Assembly (NCBI GenBank): GCA_050273025.1
Contig: CP158635.1
Location: forward strand, 23,808,001-23,872,000
Length of the DNA stretch: 64,000 nt
DNA from: Cenococcum geophilum
Lineage: Eukaryota
Reading direction: 5' to 3'
Shown here: positions 51,988-64,000 of the stretch, piece by piece
Position numbering within the stretch: position 1 is the stretch's first letter
How the letters are laid out: every line of letters begins with the position of its first letter
Notes under the pieces: generated by a model
Databases searched by the model: none
Told to the model about the DNA's origin: nothing
The model's input: the letters and a program-made list of their open reading frames with translations, nothing else
Program-made: the position numbers and the translations under genes

Positions 51988-54900
51988 TGTATGATTACAG
52001 CACGTGGTACACCAAACGCGTGGTTACGCGTTTGGTGCACCAACCACTTAGGTGCTGACTAATCAGGGGGAGGCGCGTCAGTATATAGACCACGTAGTCT
52101 ACCTTAATAGAATCGACAGTTACCACCATCCTAAAGAGCATACGATACTATACGTATTTCGTGCCCCGGGATATAACTCACTTGTATTATTAAGTTAATA
52201 TAAATACTAATCAGTGAGCGCGTATAGATCAGCAATTACTCGACACCTCCCCCCGAGCGATACACGACAGCGACCACCCGTTTAGACTTCTAGTACGACC
52301 TGCTAGAAGGTCGGAAGCCGGGGATTACGGAACTATCACTAACTCTGTATACTTATTTAAGTTTTAGTACAGTTTACCGGAAGTTTATAGACGCGAATAC
52401 AGACCCTTACGGAACCCCCTATCCTTAACCCCTTGAACCTTAAACCCCTTTGGACCTTTTACGGAAACCCCCTACCCCCCTATAAACTATTACGGACCTG
52501 TTAATCGCCGTTACGGACTATTGTAAGACCTCTTGAACTATTATAGACCCTTTAATTAATTTTACGGACCGTTATAAGACCTCTCCCACCCGTTATAAGC
52601 TACTACCACCTGCTACGTACTATACTACATAGTATGGCAGACATAAGCAAGCAGATTAATAAAGGTTGAGAGAAATGGAGACAAGGAGTCGACCTTACGT
52701 CTATAGCTGACGTTGATAACTATATTAAGTACAAAATCCTTAAATATAGATATTTTAAGCTTATAAATGACGACCTGTAGGAGCAATATAAAGAAGACTT
52801 TGCGGACTTTACGGAAGATATTCTCAAGACTTGTAACCCTACTGCTATCCGTAACCTACGAACCCTTTTACGTTACCAAGGTGTATAGGTTAAAAAGGAT
52901 AAACGAGTTACTGTTATATGGTCCTTATACAATATAATATAGGAGGAGGACCAAACGGAATAGACTAAAGAGGAAATCCTAGACTAGGTCAAAGTTACTA
53001 ATAAACTCTTTACTTCTCCTAAACTTAATGGCATTGCTGGCTTTATACCTAACCTACTTAACTAAATTCGTCCTATAAACCTAAGCGATTTCGGAATTAA
53101 TCTTACGGGCTAAAGCATACCTAGTACTTAAGTTACGGACCGTAATACCCCTGTAACCTAAATTATAGACTATAATACCCCCGCAAACCAAAATACGGAC
53201 TAAAACCCTCCCGTTGCCTAAGCTATAGATCCGTAGACCGCCTAAGTCACAGATCCGCAACCTATTTAAGTAAAGACCTACGGTAAGGAACTAGCTAACT
53301 TGGCTAAGCTCTATACCGACGAATCCAAGTATAGCGGTAAAAACAATAACTTTAACTTTAAACTCACTATCTTTACGGACCTCTGTCGGAAGGCTAATAT
53401 TCCTAAATAGGAATTTAGCCAAGCCTATTCCACTATGCTGCGCGGCCTAGCCCTTAACCACTACTACACTAACCTCAAGAGTAACCCCCTTGGTGTCTCC
53501 TTTAATAAGCTATGCGAAGCTATACGTAACTACTTTAAAGGGCTAGAATATAGGCGTAATATCCTTACCTAATGGAATGCGATTAAGTTACGGACCGTAA
53601 TTAATAAGAATACCGAAAAGTCGACTATAGAGTGCCTGCAAATTCTTATTAAAGACCTCCGGCACCTATAGTACGGCCTTAACATTAAGCTTCGAACGGA
53701 CGACTTCCTATATAATAAGCTTATTACAGCTTGCCAGGAAGTAGAACCCTATAAATACGCCTGCTATAAGCCTACAGACACCGTAGCTGGTCTTATTAAC
53801 GATTTACGGTCCTCTATTATAACGTACGAAGTCTTAAACCCGCTAGATAGTACCTAAGCCTTTATTACGGACCTGCAAAACCCGTAAACTAACTTAGACG
53901 CCTACTTTACGGACCGCCGCTACCGCTAGCAGCACCCGCATCAACTAGGTCCTACCCGTAACCCCTATAGCAACTCCCGTATAAAAGTATACCCCCGCAG
54001 ACAAACCAGCCAAAAGTGCTTTGTGTGCGGTAAGGAAGGATATTAGTCTATAAGGTATACCTAGAAAGAACGTGCCAAGTCCAGGAAGAGACTTAATAAC
54101 CGTATTAACCAGTTTATTTTGGAATACAAAGGAGAGGAAGCGAAAGAGCCTCTTAATAAGTTAATAGAAGCCCTTATAATTGACTTTAACTTAGATACTT
54201 AGGAATAGGAGACCTTAGAGACGTTCCTAACTACTTTTGGACCTTTTACGGACAGCCAAGCCTTTAATATTACGACCGTATTAGCTGACCGCTCCTTTAT
54301 ACACTTAATTGCACCTAAAAACCAGCCCGTAAACACACCCGTTGGACCCGTTATAGACGTTACAGACCGCGAATAGGACCTATTTGTATATATTACCACT
54401 AAACGCTATACCCCTAAAGAATTCTACGGCGTTATAATTGATATAGGTGCCTCTAAGAAATCTACTACAGGTTATAAACAATACCTTGCATATAAGACCA
54501 CCATAAATAATAATATGGATATTAATACTATGCAAACTAGGGCCGTAAACGTCCAATTCGGCATCGGCTTAACCACATTAATTAGATTAGTGGCAGTTAA
54601 GACCCTAATTAGCCTAGTTAACTTCCACGTAGTAAAAGCGGATACCCCTTTTCTACTCTGTCTTGCGGACATGGATAGGTTATAAGTTTACTATAATAAT
54701 GTTACGGACACCGTAATTGGCCCCGCAACTGCCCTAGGAAGCAAGCATATCACCCTGCCAATTATACAACGATTTGGACACTCGTTCCTTATATAGGGAG
54801 AGACTTTACGGACCTACATTTAGGAATCTTTTGACTATAACCCGTGCTACCTTACTAGTACTAAAATCCACCAACTGCACCGCTGCTTTGGCTACCCGTT

Positions 54901-57900
54901 AGCCGAAAAGCTATATAGAGTCCTTAAACGCTCTGGATATAACAACATTAATAGGAAGGCAATTAACTACCTGACTAAATACTGCTCTTTTTGCCAGAAA
55001 TACGGACGTTCCCTAAGTAGATTCAAGTTCACCCTTTATAAGGACCTTAACTTTAACCACTTAGTATACATAGACATTATATATATTAACGGCAGTCCAG
55101 TATTACATATAATTGACGAGGCAACCCGCTATTAAGCCGCCCATTGGTTACAAAATATATCCGCAAAATATACTTAGGACATTTTATGGACCTACTAAAT
55201 TAATATATACCTTAGACCTCCTAAGTATATTACCCACAACGCTAGTAGGAACTTTATTAGTAAGGAATTCTAATAGTATGCTACGGCCATAGCTATTTTA
55301 ATAAAAGCCGTTCTAGTTAAGGCGCACTAGTCTATTAGGCTTGTTAAGCGAGCTTACCTAGCCCTATAGAGAGCTTATTAAATTATTACGGACGAGTATA
55401 AGGATATTTAAAAGGAACTAGCTTTACAAATGGCCGTAAAAGCCATTAACGACACCGCTAGCCCTAACGGACTAGTACCCACCCTCTTGGTTTACAAAGC
55501 CTACCCAAGGATAAGCAACCTAGGCCTTACTACCCCGTCTATTATGGAACGAGTAGCTATAATACGGAAGGTAATAGCCGAAATAGTTAAATTACGGGCC
55601 AAATAAGCCATTAACAGCGCTTTATATTACCGCAACGGACCTAACACGACTTTAGTTCATAACCTCCCGCTTAATTCTAAAGTCCTCGTATAGCGTAAGA
55701 GCGGCAATTAGACTGGACCTTACCATTTACTAGCTATAGAAGACGAAACGTGTTATATATAACTCCCTAGCGGACCAACCAACTTTAGAAGCACGTCCGT
55801 AAAACCCTATTTTTGGTCTAAAAATACCTATGCTGTTAAACTAGATAAACTAGAAGCACCCGCTAAACTAGACAAACTAGAAACACCCCTACCTACTCTA
55901 GAAGTCCCCCGTAAACCTACTAAACCTACTATAAAGCGTGGCCGAGGACGCCCCTAAAAGCACCCCGTAACGGAGAACCCTATAACGGAGAACTACCTAA
56001 CCTCTATAGGCATATCCGTAAAGCAATCTCCGCCTACAGATATATTAGTTCTAGTACAGAAAACCCCTTTTACGGACTTACGACGCAAAGAGATTAACGG
56101 ACTACTTAAGAAGGGCATCTTTGCGGTTATAACGGAGAAAGACGTTCTGTAAGGCGTCCGTATATTTAACTTACGCTTCGTTAACAAGATTAAGCACCCT
56201 GGTACTAATAAAGCCTTTAAGAAGTCAAGGCTCGTTATATAAGCCTATAACGACTAGGGAAAGGGCTTAGTCCTTACGCAATCGCCTACAATTTAACAAG
56301 TCAGTTAACGGATTATACTTGTACTTATGCCTAGACTATAGCAAACTAAGCCCGTAGCCCTCTACTTACGGGATATCTTATAAGCCTACATACAATCCAA
56401 TACCTACCTAAGTAGGGACATCTTTATATAACTACCCCTCGAGCTTAACTTGCAACTAGGAACAATTTTATAGGTTATAAAACCCCTTTACGGAGTGCCA
56501 GAAGCTAAAAACCACTAGTTTAAGACATACCACCAGCATTACGTCCGTAAACTTAAAACGGAATAGTTAACCTACAACCCCTGCCTTCTATATACACTAT
56601 TAAACGGCCTTAGTATTGTTGGACTCCAAACGGATAATACCCTCTTTATAGCGGACCGGACTTTTACGGATGCCGAAGAGAATAAATTATAAAAGGCTAA
56701 GTTCCTAGTAAGGCCGCAAGAGCAGTTAACTAAGTAGACCCTAGTTAAGTTTAATGGAGGCTTAATTATATAAAAGGGCAACTTAATCTAGTTAACTTAG
56801 GAACGCCAAACTTAAAACCTAAGGCTTATTATAGTAAAGCCTACGGACCTTACCAGTTCCCGCGGAGAGACCCGTAAAACCGTAAATATAAAGAACTAAT
56901 ACGTTATATAGCGTGCAAGAGGCGCCTATATTGCTATAGTCTGTCAACCCAAATCTACCTACAACTTATCCTTTACGGCCTAGGTAATAGATCCGTAAGA
57001 GGAAGATATTAAGTAGCTAAATAAGTGTATTTAGTGGTAAATTAACAATACAATAAGAGGACTTACTTTTGTACCACTAGACCTGAATTTCCTCAGCGTA
57101 ATAGTATTTATGGATGCCTCCTTTGCCAATAATAGGGACCTATTATCGCAAATCGGCTTTATAATTGTACTTATAAACTATAATCAGGACGCAAATATAC
57201 TATATTAGTCTTTAATTAAATGCAAATAAGTAACCCGTAGCGTACTAGCTTCTAAACTATATGCACTAGCCTATAGCTTTAATATAGCAGCCGCAATTAA
57301 ATCAATAATCTAGAAGATCCTATAATTGGAGCAGCTACCCCTGGTTTTATACACCAATTTAAAGTCCCTCTACGACTGCCTAGTCAAACTAGGTATGACA
57401 TAGGAGAAGAGGCTTATAGTCGACCTAATATGCTTACGTTAGGCCTACGAACAACGTGAGATTATAGAGGTCAAATGGATCAGCACCGAAGACAACCCAG
57501 CAGACGCTATAACTAAGGTAAAGCCGTGCCAAGCTTTTAAAACCCTAATTGACACAAACAAGCTCAACCTAAGGGTTATAGAATGGGTGGAACGAGACTA
57601 ACGGAGCACTTACGGTTCATTTACGGCCCGTTGGAAGGCCGTACGGTCTACTTTACGGACCGCAAGTAGGACTTACGACCAGCTTAGAGCACCGTTTGGA
57701 AGGCAGCCCAGAAGGCACCTCGGGAGGGATTTCCTATGTATTTCTTTTGTGTTTTACGGCTCCATTAAAGCGATTACGGAGGTTAGATACAATTGAGTCA
57801 TTTCCAAGTACCGCCAGTATATGATTACAGCACGTGGTACACCAAACGCGTGGTTACGCGTTTGGTGCACCAACCACTTAAGTGCTAACTAATTAGGGGG

Positions 57901-58036
57901 AGGCGCGTCAGTATATAGACCACGTAGTCTACCTTAATAGAATCGACAGTCACCACCATCCCAAAGAGCATACGATACTATACGTATTTCGTGCCCCGGG
58001 ATATGACTCACTTGTATCATTAAGTTGATACAAACA
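51988..58036 (+). mobile_element. Copia-3: uninterrupted full-length GalEa-like Copia, 6049 bp (219-bp LTRs 51988-52206 and 57818-58036)
   Basis: TSD CCCTA; knuckle CFVCGKEGY*S, IDIGAS, LHRCFGYP, GLQTDNTL, MDASF, EKRLIVDL, NPADAITK. Confidence 0.97.
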
Positions 58037-61000
58037 CCCTAAAATAGGGAAGATATATTAGAGAAATAGATAAAGAAAGCAGAAGAAGAATAGTGCTACT
58101 TTAGGGCCTAGGCCTATATAGAGGAGGAAAGAAAACGCGTAAGAGGCTAGTAAAGATAATAATAAAAAAGAAAAAGAAGCTAAAGTAGAGTATTAAAGAA
58201 CGCTAGAAAACTATCTACCGCAATATAATACTAGCTGGACTAACGCTAAAGAGGTATATAGGAGTTAAAGGTATAGAGGCTAACTAAGGTAAAAGGAACC
58301 TAAGCTGTAGCATAGTTAACGCTATAGGGGGTAAACACTTTAGGGCTCTAAGAAGGCCTAATAAAGGTAGAAAATATAATAGTAATACTCTTAAAAATAG
58401 GAATAATAGGACTAAAAGACTAGCTCTACTGGGTGGGTGTCTTAGTAGGTAGCCTAAGATATAAATATAGCTAGCTAAGACAGACACCAAAATATATAAT
58501 ATTATTATGCCCCTTATATACTAACTAAGAAGTAATACTCTTAGTAGCTAGCATAGAGAACTATAATATACTACTCTTAATATAAAAAGGCCTTAAGGCG
58601 GTTACCTAGTAGCTTATTAGCTAAAATATACTAAACCAGTTCTAGGTTATAAAGGAAATAGTAATAAAGGGTAGGAGGGGCGAGCAACGGGCGCCCCCTA
58701 ATAACTCTACAGTAGTAGAGTAAAGTTTGCAATACTAGTGCGTCCGTAGGCTTATTACGGCAGCAGTGGTTCCTAAAGAGGTTAAAAAGTAAGGTAGTAG
58801 AGCACTATAGGTAACTCGTAGGCGCCTTATAGGCGCCTTATAGGCGAGTTTTAAAAGATAGGGAGATAAATTACAGGGTTTTCTTAAATAGAGTTTTCTC
58901 CTTATATATATATAAGGAGTAGTCCGCGTAGGCCCAATAGGGATCCAAATCAGACGTTAAGCAATAAATAATAATAATAATAATATTAGTATAAGTAGAT
59001 TTTAATTCATTAGATTTAACCTTTGCTTACTATAAGTTTAGTTATTAAATCTATTATATAACGATTAAAATTTATTAAAATTACCCCTATATCTTACTCT
59101 CTATACTTAATTCTATTTTATTTATTATAATAAGATATTAAAATCCTATAAGGCAACGCTGTTACGGCTTTACTAATTATAAGTACTAAAAAATACACGC
59201 CTACTACCAAAAACACCCCAGTCTACTATAATTAAAGATTACTCGCTAGGTAAGCAACTTCCTCTATTATAATATTAATTAATCCTTAATATTAGAAATA
59301 CTAAGCGATAAATTCTAATAGCTTAATTAAGCTAAATTATAATATAGGTAAAGTATATAAGAGCAAAAGAGAGCTACCAAACATCCTTTTTTAGAGAAGG
59401 CTCTCTTTAAGTAGTACTAATACCTATAAAACTCTTGTATTCCTATTACTGGCGACCTTATATATACTACCGCCACTTAATTATAGCAATAAATACCTAT
59501 ATTAGCGATAACAATTGATCTAAAGTAGTCGCTTAGCTAGTTAGAAGGCTTTAAATCTTATAATAGTATTCGCAAGAGAAAGCAGCATGGTAAAGCTACC
59601 TTAGCCAATATAGATAGAGTAGAAGATCGTATAGTAGAGCTTTAAGTAATCGTTAAGCCTTATTTACTAAAGGATATTTATAATATAGATAAAACAGGGC
59701 TATTTTAAAAGGCTATACTAGATATTATATTAGCTATTAAGGCTCTATTAGGAACGAAGAAGTAAAAAGTATAAATCTCTCTAGGTAATTACTCTAATAC
59801 AAATAGCTTAGATAAGCTTTCTCTTCTTATAATTAGCTTATTACTAAAGCCATATTACTTTTTACGTAATTACATTAATATAGCCTTAATAAATATTATA
59901 TAGAGGTATAATAAGAAGGCCTAGATAATAACGGTAATTATACTTAAGTGGCTTACCTAGTTTAATAAAAGGATATATAATAGGAAGGTACTACTTTTAA
60001 TTAACGGCTTTAGCGCCCATAAAGCAGCTGTTTAAATATTTATTAAAAATAGCTCTTTTAAGAATATGCGCGTAGAGTTCCTTTCTCCTAATTACACCTT
60101 AGTATCTTAGCCTCTTAATTAAGGGATAATTATAAACTTTAAGCTGCTCTACTAGCAATACTAGCTGCAAGTTATAGTAGAGGTCTTACTTTAAGATAAG
60201 AATCCAATTAAGCAAATACACATCTTATAGGCAATTTAATAGTTAGTTAAAGCTTAGAAGTTACACTATAAATAATTAAGAATTACTTTATTAAATCTAC
60301 GTTATTTAGCTCTTGTATAGGCCTATAGCCTCACCCTTAAGATTATCTAGATCCTCCTATGGTTAATAAGATGCAGTAAATAGTAGAATAGCTACTAGCA
60401 GCAGGAAGGATTTACGCTATAATAAATATTTAGGAATTTATTGAGCTACCGGGGAAGGAAGTAGAAGATTCGTTAGAGGATCTTATTAAGCATATAGTAG
60501 AGCTCTACGCAGGGCCTAATCGCGACACGGAAATGGATAAGGAAGCTATTAAGCAACCTCAAATTAAGCTTAATAAGGCGCTTATGGCCTTATAAAAGCT
60601 TCGTCTCTATAAGGAGCAGTAAAGCGATTCTAATAGAGACGTAATTACGACTCTATCAAGGCACGAGCGTCGAATTTAAGGCCGACGACCTCAAAACACC
60701 AAGCAGCAATCGATCGCGACGTATTTTAGTGTAGCCGATCGCTCAATTACGAGCCCACGCACGTAGATACATAATATTATTACCTAATTTTGATATTGGG
60801 TGCATTTTATATACAAGTATGCAATATAACGATACCCTTGGTATTACGATACGCTCGGCCGAATAAACCGTATCGTACTAAAGAGATTTTACTGTACTCG
60901 TGGGCGCGGGCGTACTCGTAGAGGTAGTTCGTAGACATTAAGCGGAGGTAGCAGCACGTAAATAAGTTTACGCGGCGCCTTATAGAGTACTACGTAATCG

Positions 61001-61269
61001 AGGTGTTACAGCTATAAGAGTTATATTTAATTTTCGCGATTTAGATGCTTAGGAAGGGACAAAACTTAATTAGTAGGGGTGTCCATGTATCAATTAGAGG
61101 GTGTCTCTTTACCGTTGCCCTTTTTATAAAGTTTACTAATAAATTTAATATTTCTATTAAAATAAAATATATTAACTGTTAGAAATATACTATACTAATT
61201 AAATCTAATATAGTGTAAAATGTATAGGGGTTAATACCGTAGGGCTTCAACGAGCGACTTATCGCTTGT

Positions 61270-61458
61270 TGTCAAACAGGACGGTCAAGAATAAGAACTC
61301 TGTCGATTGAAGCTGGCTCCAGATACATAAGGACGGTGCAGGCAACAGAAACAGGTAGTAAGACATAGGGTGGTAAGCAACAGGGTGGTGAGTCATAAGG
61401 TGGGAGGCATCAAAGACTGTAGTAAGACGGTGGTAAGGAAATCGGATTCAGGTCAACA
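61270..61458 (-). mobile_element. 189-bp un-RIPped Copia-type solo LTR related to the TRIM LTR
   Basis: TG...CA ends; TSD CTTGT; shares ACCACCCTATGTCTTACTACC and AATCGACA with 45606-45767. Confidence 0.88.
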
Positions 61459-63366
61459 CTTGTACCATTTCTATTTTACTCTACCCTAATATACCGCCTA
61501 AACAATACCATATTTATCAGACCTATATAATATCTCCAACCGTCAGTAGCACAACTATTATCGTGAGGATCTGCAGATCAGAGGTTTCCCCACAGCCTTT
61601 TCACTTATGAGTGTGCATCGAATCAAAGTACCCTATCCATGAAGGCACATTAAACATGCCACTAATTACTATCCCAGTTACATGCTGTATTTTTGCAGAA
61701 AAACATACTCTATCATATACATATAAATCACCCCTTAGACTTCCCAATTATAGCTGTTTCAGTACTATTTTTAAAATCAGATTGATAACACCGATCAGCT
61801 GCAAAGCAGCTTAGTAAGATGATGGATTCAGACACCTTAGAGAACAAGATATAAGCGCAAAAGTTGTAAAAAGACTCTCCAATATCTGCTTTGCATTGTG
61901 AGTTAAGTTATTCCAGTCAAATGTCACAGCTTCACCGTGTCTTCGTGTTGTCCAAATACTATATTTGATGAGTATGGCGAACATGTTACTTTTTCCGTAT
62001 AAGGTTAGGGGGAAAATCGAGTATGAAGTTATATTTGGTATTTTGCTCCTTAACGTACCATAACTGACAAGGGGTAGACGAGTGGTGGTGGCTGTGTGCC
62101 ACGGAGTATTGATTGATCGATGTTAGGCTACTCACGAAGCCTAATCCTGAACAACCTGTTTCGGACAACAAGAAAATCCAGAGTTAAGAGAGCAAGGTGT
62201 ATTATAATGATAATGAATAATTAAAAGTAGCTTGCAAGAAAGAGTTATGAGACCTTAATTATTGCATCTCATCAGATGGTAACGTGCGGAAACCAGATTT
62301 TAAGAATTCCAAGCGGTTCCTGCTGCGACACTGCGACGGTATCATTAGGGGTATGTTGTACGGTTTAAGGTACCTGACGCAGTTCTGAGTCGTAGAGTGG
62401 TATGGAACCAGGGGCTTACGAAGTAGAAATAGGCCACACCACAGCGGCCAAAGTTGTTTCAGGCAGGAAGGGGCTCTGTGACGTTCTGAGATATACGCAA
62501 ACACCCTTCTCCATTCTTGTGCAAGATATCATTGTGTCGGCATAAAAAGAAGAGTTTCGAAGCATTGGGATGCTCTCATACCTCTAGTTCTTACTTTTCA
62601 ACCTTGTCACGAGCGCGTGCTCGATCATGACAGTGGCAACATGAAACATCGCGAAGGGTTATGTTTCAAAGCCTTTTACACCGCTTTCACCAGGAGCAGC
62701 GTAGCAGAGTTTCCGCCCCCCGACAAGTACTAAAGGGAATGTGGGCCTTGGAGAAGAAAATCTGCGTACAGAGGTACCAGGACTTTCCGTGCCTCCAGCG
62801 ACCAAATGTTAATCTCCCAGTGCAGCGCATATATCACTGCTAGGTTGTTTGACTTTCATTGTCCAACGGCTAAAAATAATAATTGAAGATCGGAGCTGAT
62901 TGATGAGACTCATCGTCGAAATGAGCTCAGCCTCGCTGGAGCGAAAATCCTACTCGGTTAAGGTTCGTTTCAAACACCCAGCACGAACCGCTTTGGGAAA
63001 GGCAGGGGGCCATGATTAGGTTCGGTTGTGCATCCTCTCCGCAGCTAGCGTCGTGAGGTTTAACGCCAACAGACCTGAAATTTAGTGCTGGCTATCAAAA
63101 GAAGGGCCGAAGTTGAGACTTCATCATGGGTGCTCCCGTGTGGGCTGTGTGAGGGTTGGAAATTATTGGAGGTGGCGCAGAATCTGCAGTCTCGACATCG
63201 CCCAAGTACATTTCTAAAGACCTCTCGCGACAGGATCACTGGCGGATCGGTAGCGCTGCGGACGGGAAGCCCTATATCACCAGCAGGGATATCCTGAGGT
63301 TACGGGGTTCCAAAGGCATGGATTGAAATACAGGACACTGACTACCTCCAAAATTCAACAACCTGT

Positions 63367-64000
63367 ATGAGCATCATGGAATATGGGAGAAACTATCTAC
63401 GCACAGCAGGAAAGGAAGATGATGCGATTTCTGCTCTTTCGGCACATGCACAACCATCATACCAGGCATACCATCCGAGACACTCACGCGCCTCTTCGGA
63501 AGATTCGCAATCAAGCAGGACTTCGATTGCTCTTGCGCCACTTCCACCACCACTTGAGTCGCCTGGCGGTGTAGAAGCATCGCTATTTGAGTCCAGAGCA
63601 GTGCTTTCTAGGCCCTATCAAGCACCTGTCGCCTATGAATCAGTCACGCCTTTCAGACCAGCGGAGCAACATGGACCAAAACCGGACTATGAGGCGCTTA
63701 CAAGATATGTGCAGGACAGAGAACCTCCTAGATACAGATTCAACGAACCCTTCGAGCCTCCTAGGCGAACGAAAAATCCGTGGCAACCCGGCTTGTGGGC
63801 AAGATTTCCATGGTGGGGGATGGGATCAATACTTGGTGTTATTTCTTGTACGTTGCGCTTGGCCTCATTCATTTCTTCCATCTTTCTGTATCCAGCTGGG
63901 CCTCATGCAAGGATGGTTTGAAAGACTTTAAAGAATACTAATTTAGTACAGTAACCGGATCATCTGTTGCAATTCTACTTGCAAGTAATGACAGTGCGGT
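63367..64000 (+). CDS. Host gene, 5' part: fungal membrane protein, DUF3176-like; exon 1 63367-63847, intron 63848-63951, exon 2 from 63952 off the window
   Basis: GTACGT donor, TACTAAT branch point, CAG acceptor; spliced product WQPGLWARFPWWGMGSILGVISLTGSSVAILLASNDSAV is a hydrophobic segment; family assignment is from memory. Confidence 0.8.

Larger units (their letters stand above)
47118..58980 (+). mobile_element. Full-length Tad1-like LINE (ORF1 ~47420-48870 with zinc knuckles; ORF2 APE-RT ~48985-58600), RIP-inactivated
   Basis: 13-bp TSD TAATATTAGTATA (47105-47117 and 58981-58993); (TAA)n tail; I*YNC, I*EP, GNINLY, SYRPIALENTLSK, FINN (FVDD). Confidence 0.95.
46969..60894 (+). mobile_element. 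Tigger/pogo (CENP-B/DDE_1) DNA transposon, ~2.05 kb net, split by the LINE; transposase relic ~59250-60770
   Basis: TIRs (C/T)AGTAAAATCTC...GAGATTTTACTG with TA TSDs; KQHGKA, DIYNIDKTGLF*, VLLLINGFSAH, PNYTLVS*PLN*GII motifs. Confidence 0.92.
1..61200. other. RIP-degenerated AT-rich transposon block (heterochromatin-like)
   Basis: TpA is very frequent and CpA/TpG rare; conserved TE motifs carry C>T/G>A changes (YLDD read as YLDN/YLNN, W/Q codons as TAG/TAA); composition returns to normal around 61250. Confidence 0.95.

Noticed and set aside
407..58490. Short ORF-track entries as real genes or effectors
   Set aside because: They are stop-free pieces or antisense frames of RIPped TE genes (for example 7193 is integrase and 44153 is RepHel); I/L/Y-rich composition reflects the AT bias
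1..61200. Starship element, telomere or rDNA
   Set aside because: No DUF3435 tyrosine-recombinase motifs recognised, no (TTAGGG)n array and no rRNA sequence; centromere status cannot be judged from sequence alone
62893..62950. Hammerhead-ribozyme-like TGATGA-GAC...GTC-GAAA
   Set aside because: Position 3 is U rather than C, and I could not form stem I together with a stem III/UH cleavage site; probably chance
61611..63297. Short ORFs upstream of the host gene
   Set aside because: No recognisable domains, several lack an ATG start; treated as intergenic or promoter DNA
63374..63931. Alternative-frame and antisense ORFs overlapping the gene
   Set aside because: Shadows of the 63367 coding exon

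Overview
This is fungal (filamentous ascomycete-type) DNA. Positions ~1-61200 form an AT-rich block of nested transposable elements degraded by repeat-induced point mutation (RIP): TpA is abundant, CpA/TpG is scarce, and CAA/CAG/TGG codons have become TAA/TAG. Most entries in the ORF track are therefore spurious. By reading through the stops and finding LTRs, TIRs and target-site duplications (TSDs), I can resolve: a Mutator-like remnant; a piggyBac remnant; four Ty3/Gypsy chromoviruses; three copies of one GalEa-like Copia family; a Fot1/pogo element; a Tigger/pogo element carrying a full-length Tad1-like LINE, which itself carries a Copia and a solo LTR; a Helitron2-like RepHel element with a probable non-autonomous relative in tandem; a TRIM; three MITEs; and four solo LTRs. 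From ~61250 the composition is normal, and one host gene (intron-containing membrane protein, DUF3176-like) starts at 63367 and runs off the window. I found no intact novel protein-coding system. The most unusual signals are the Helitron tandem with repeated GGGGAGACCCC hairpins and internal satellites, the antisense Cys-rich ORFs in the Gypsy elements, the Copia family lacking a canonical PBS and PPT, and small elements that largely escaped RIP. All alignments and translations were done by eye; no searches were run.
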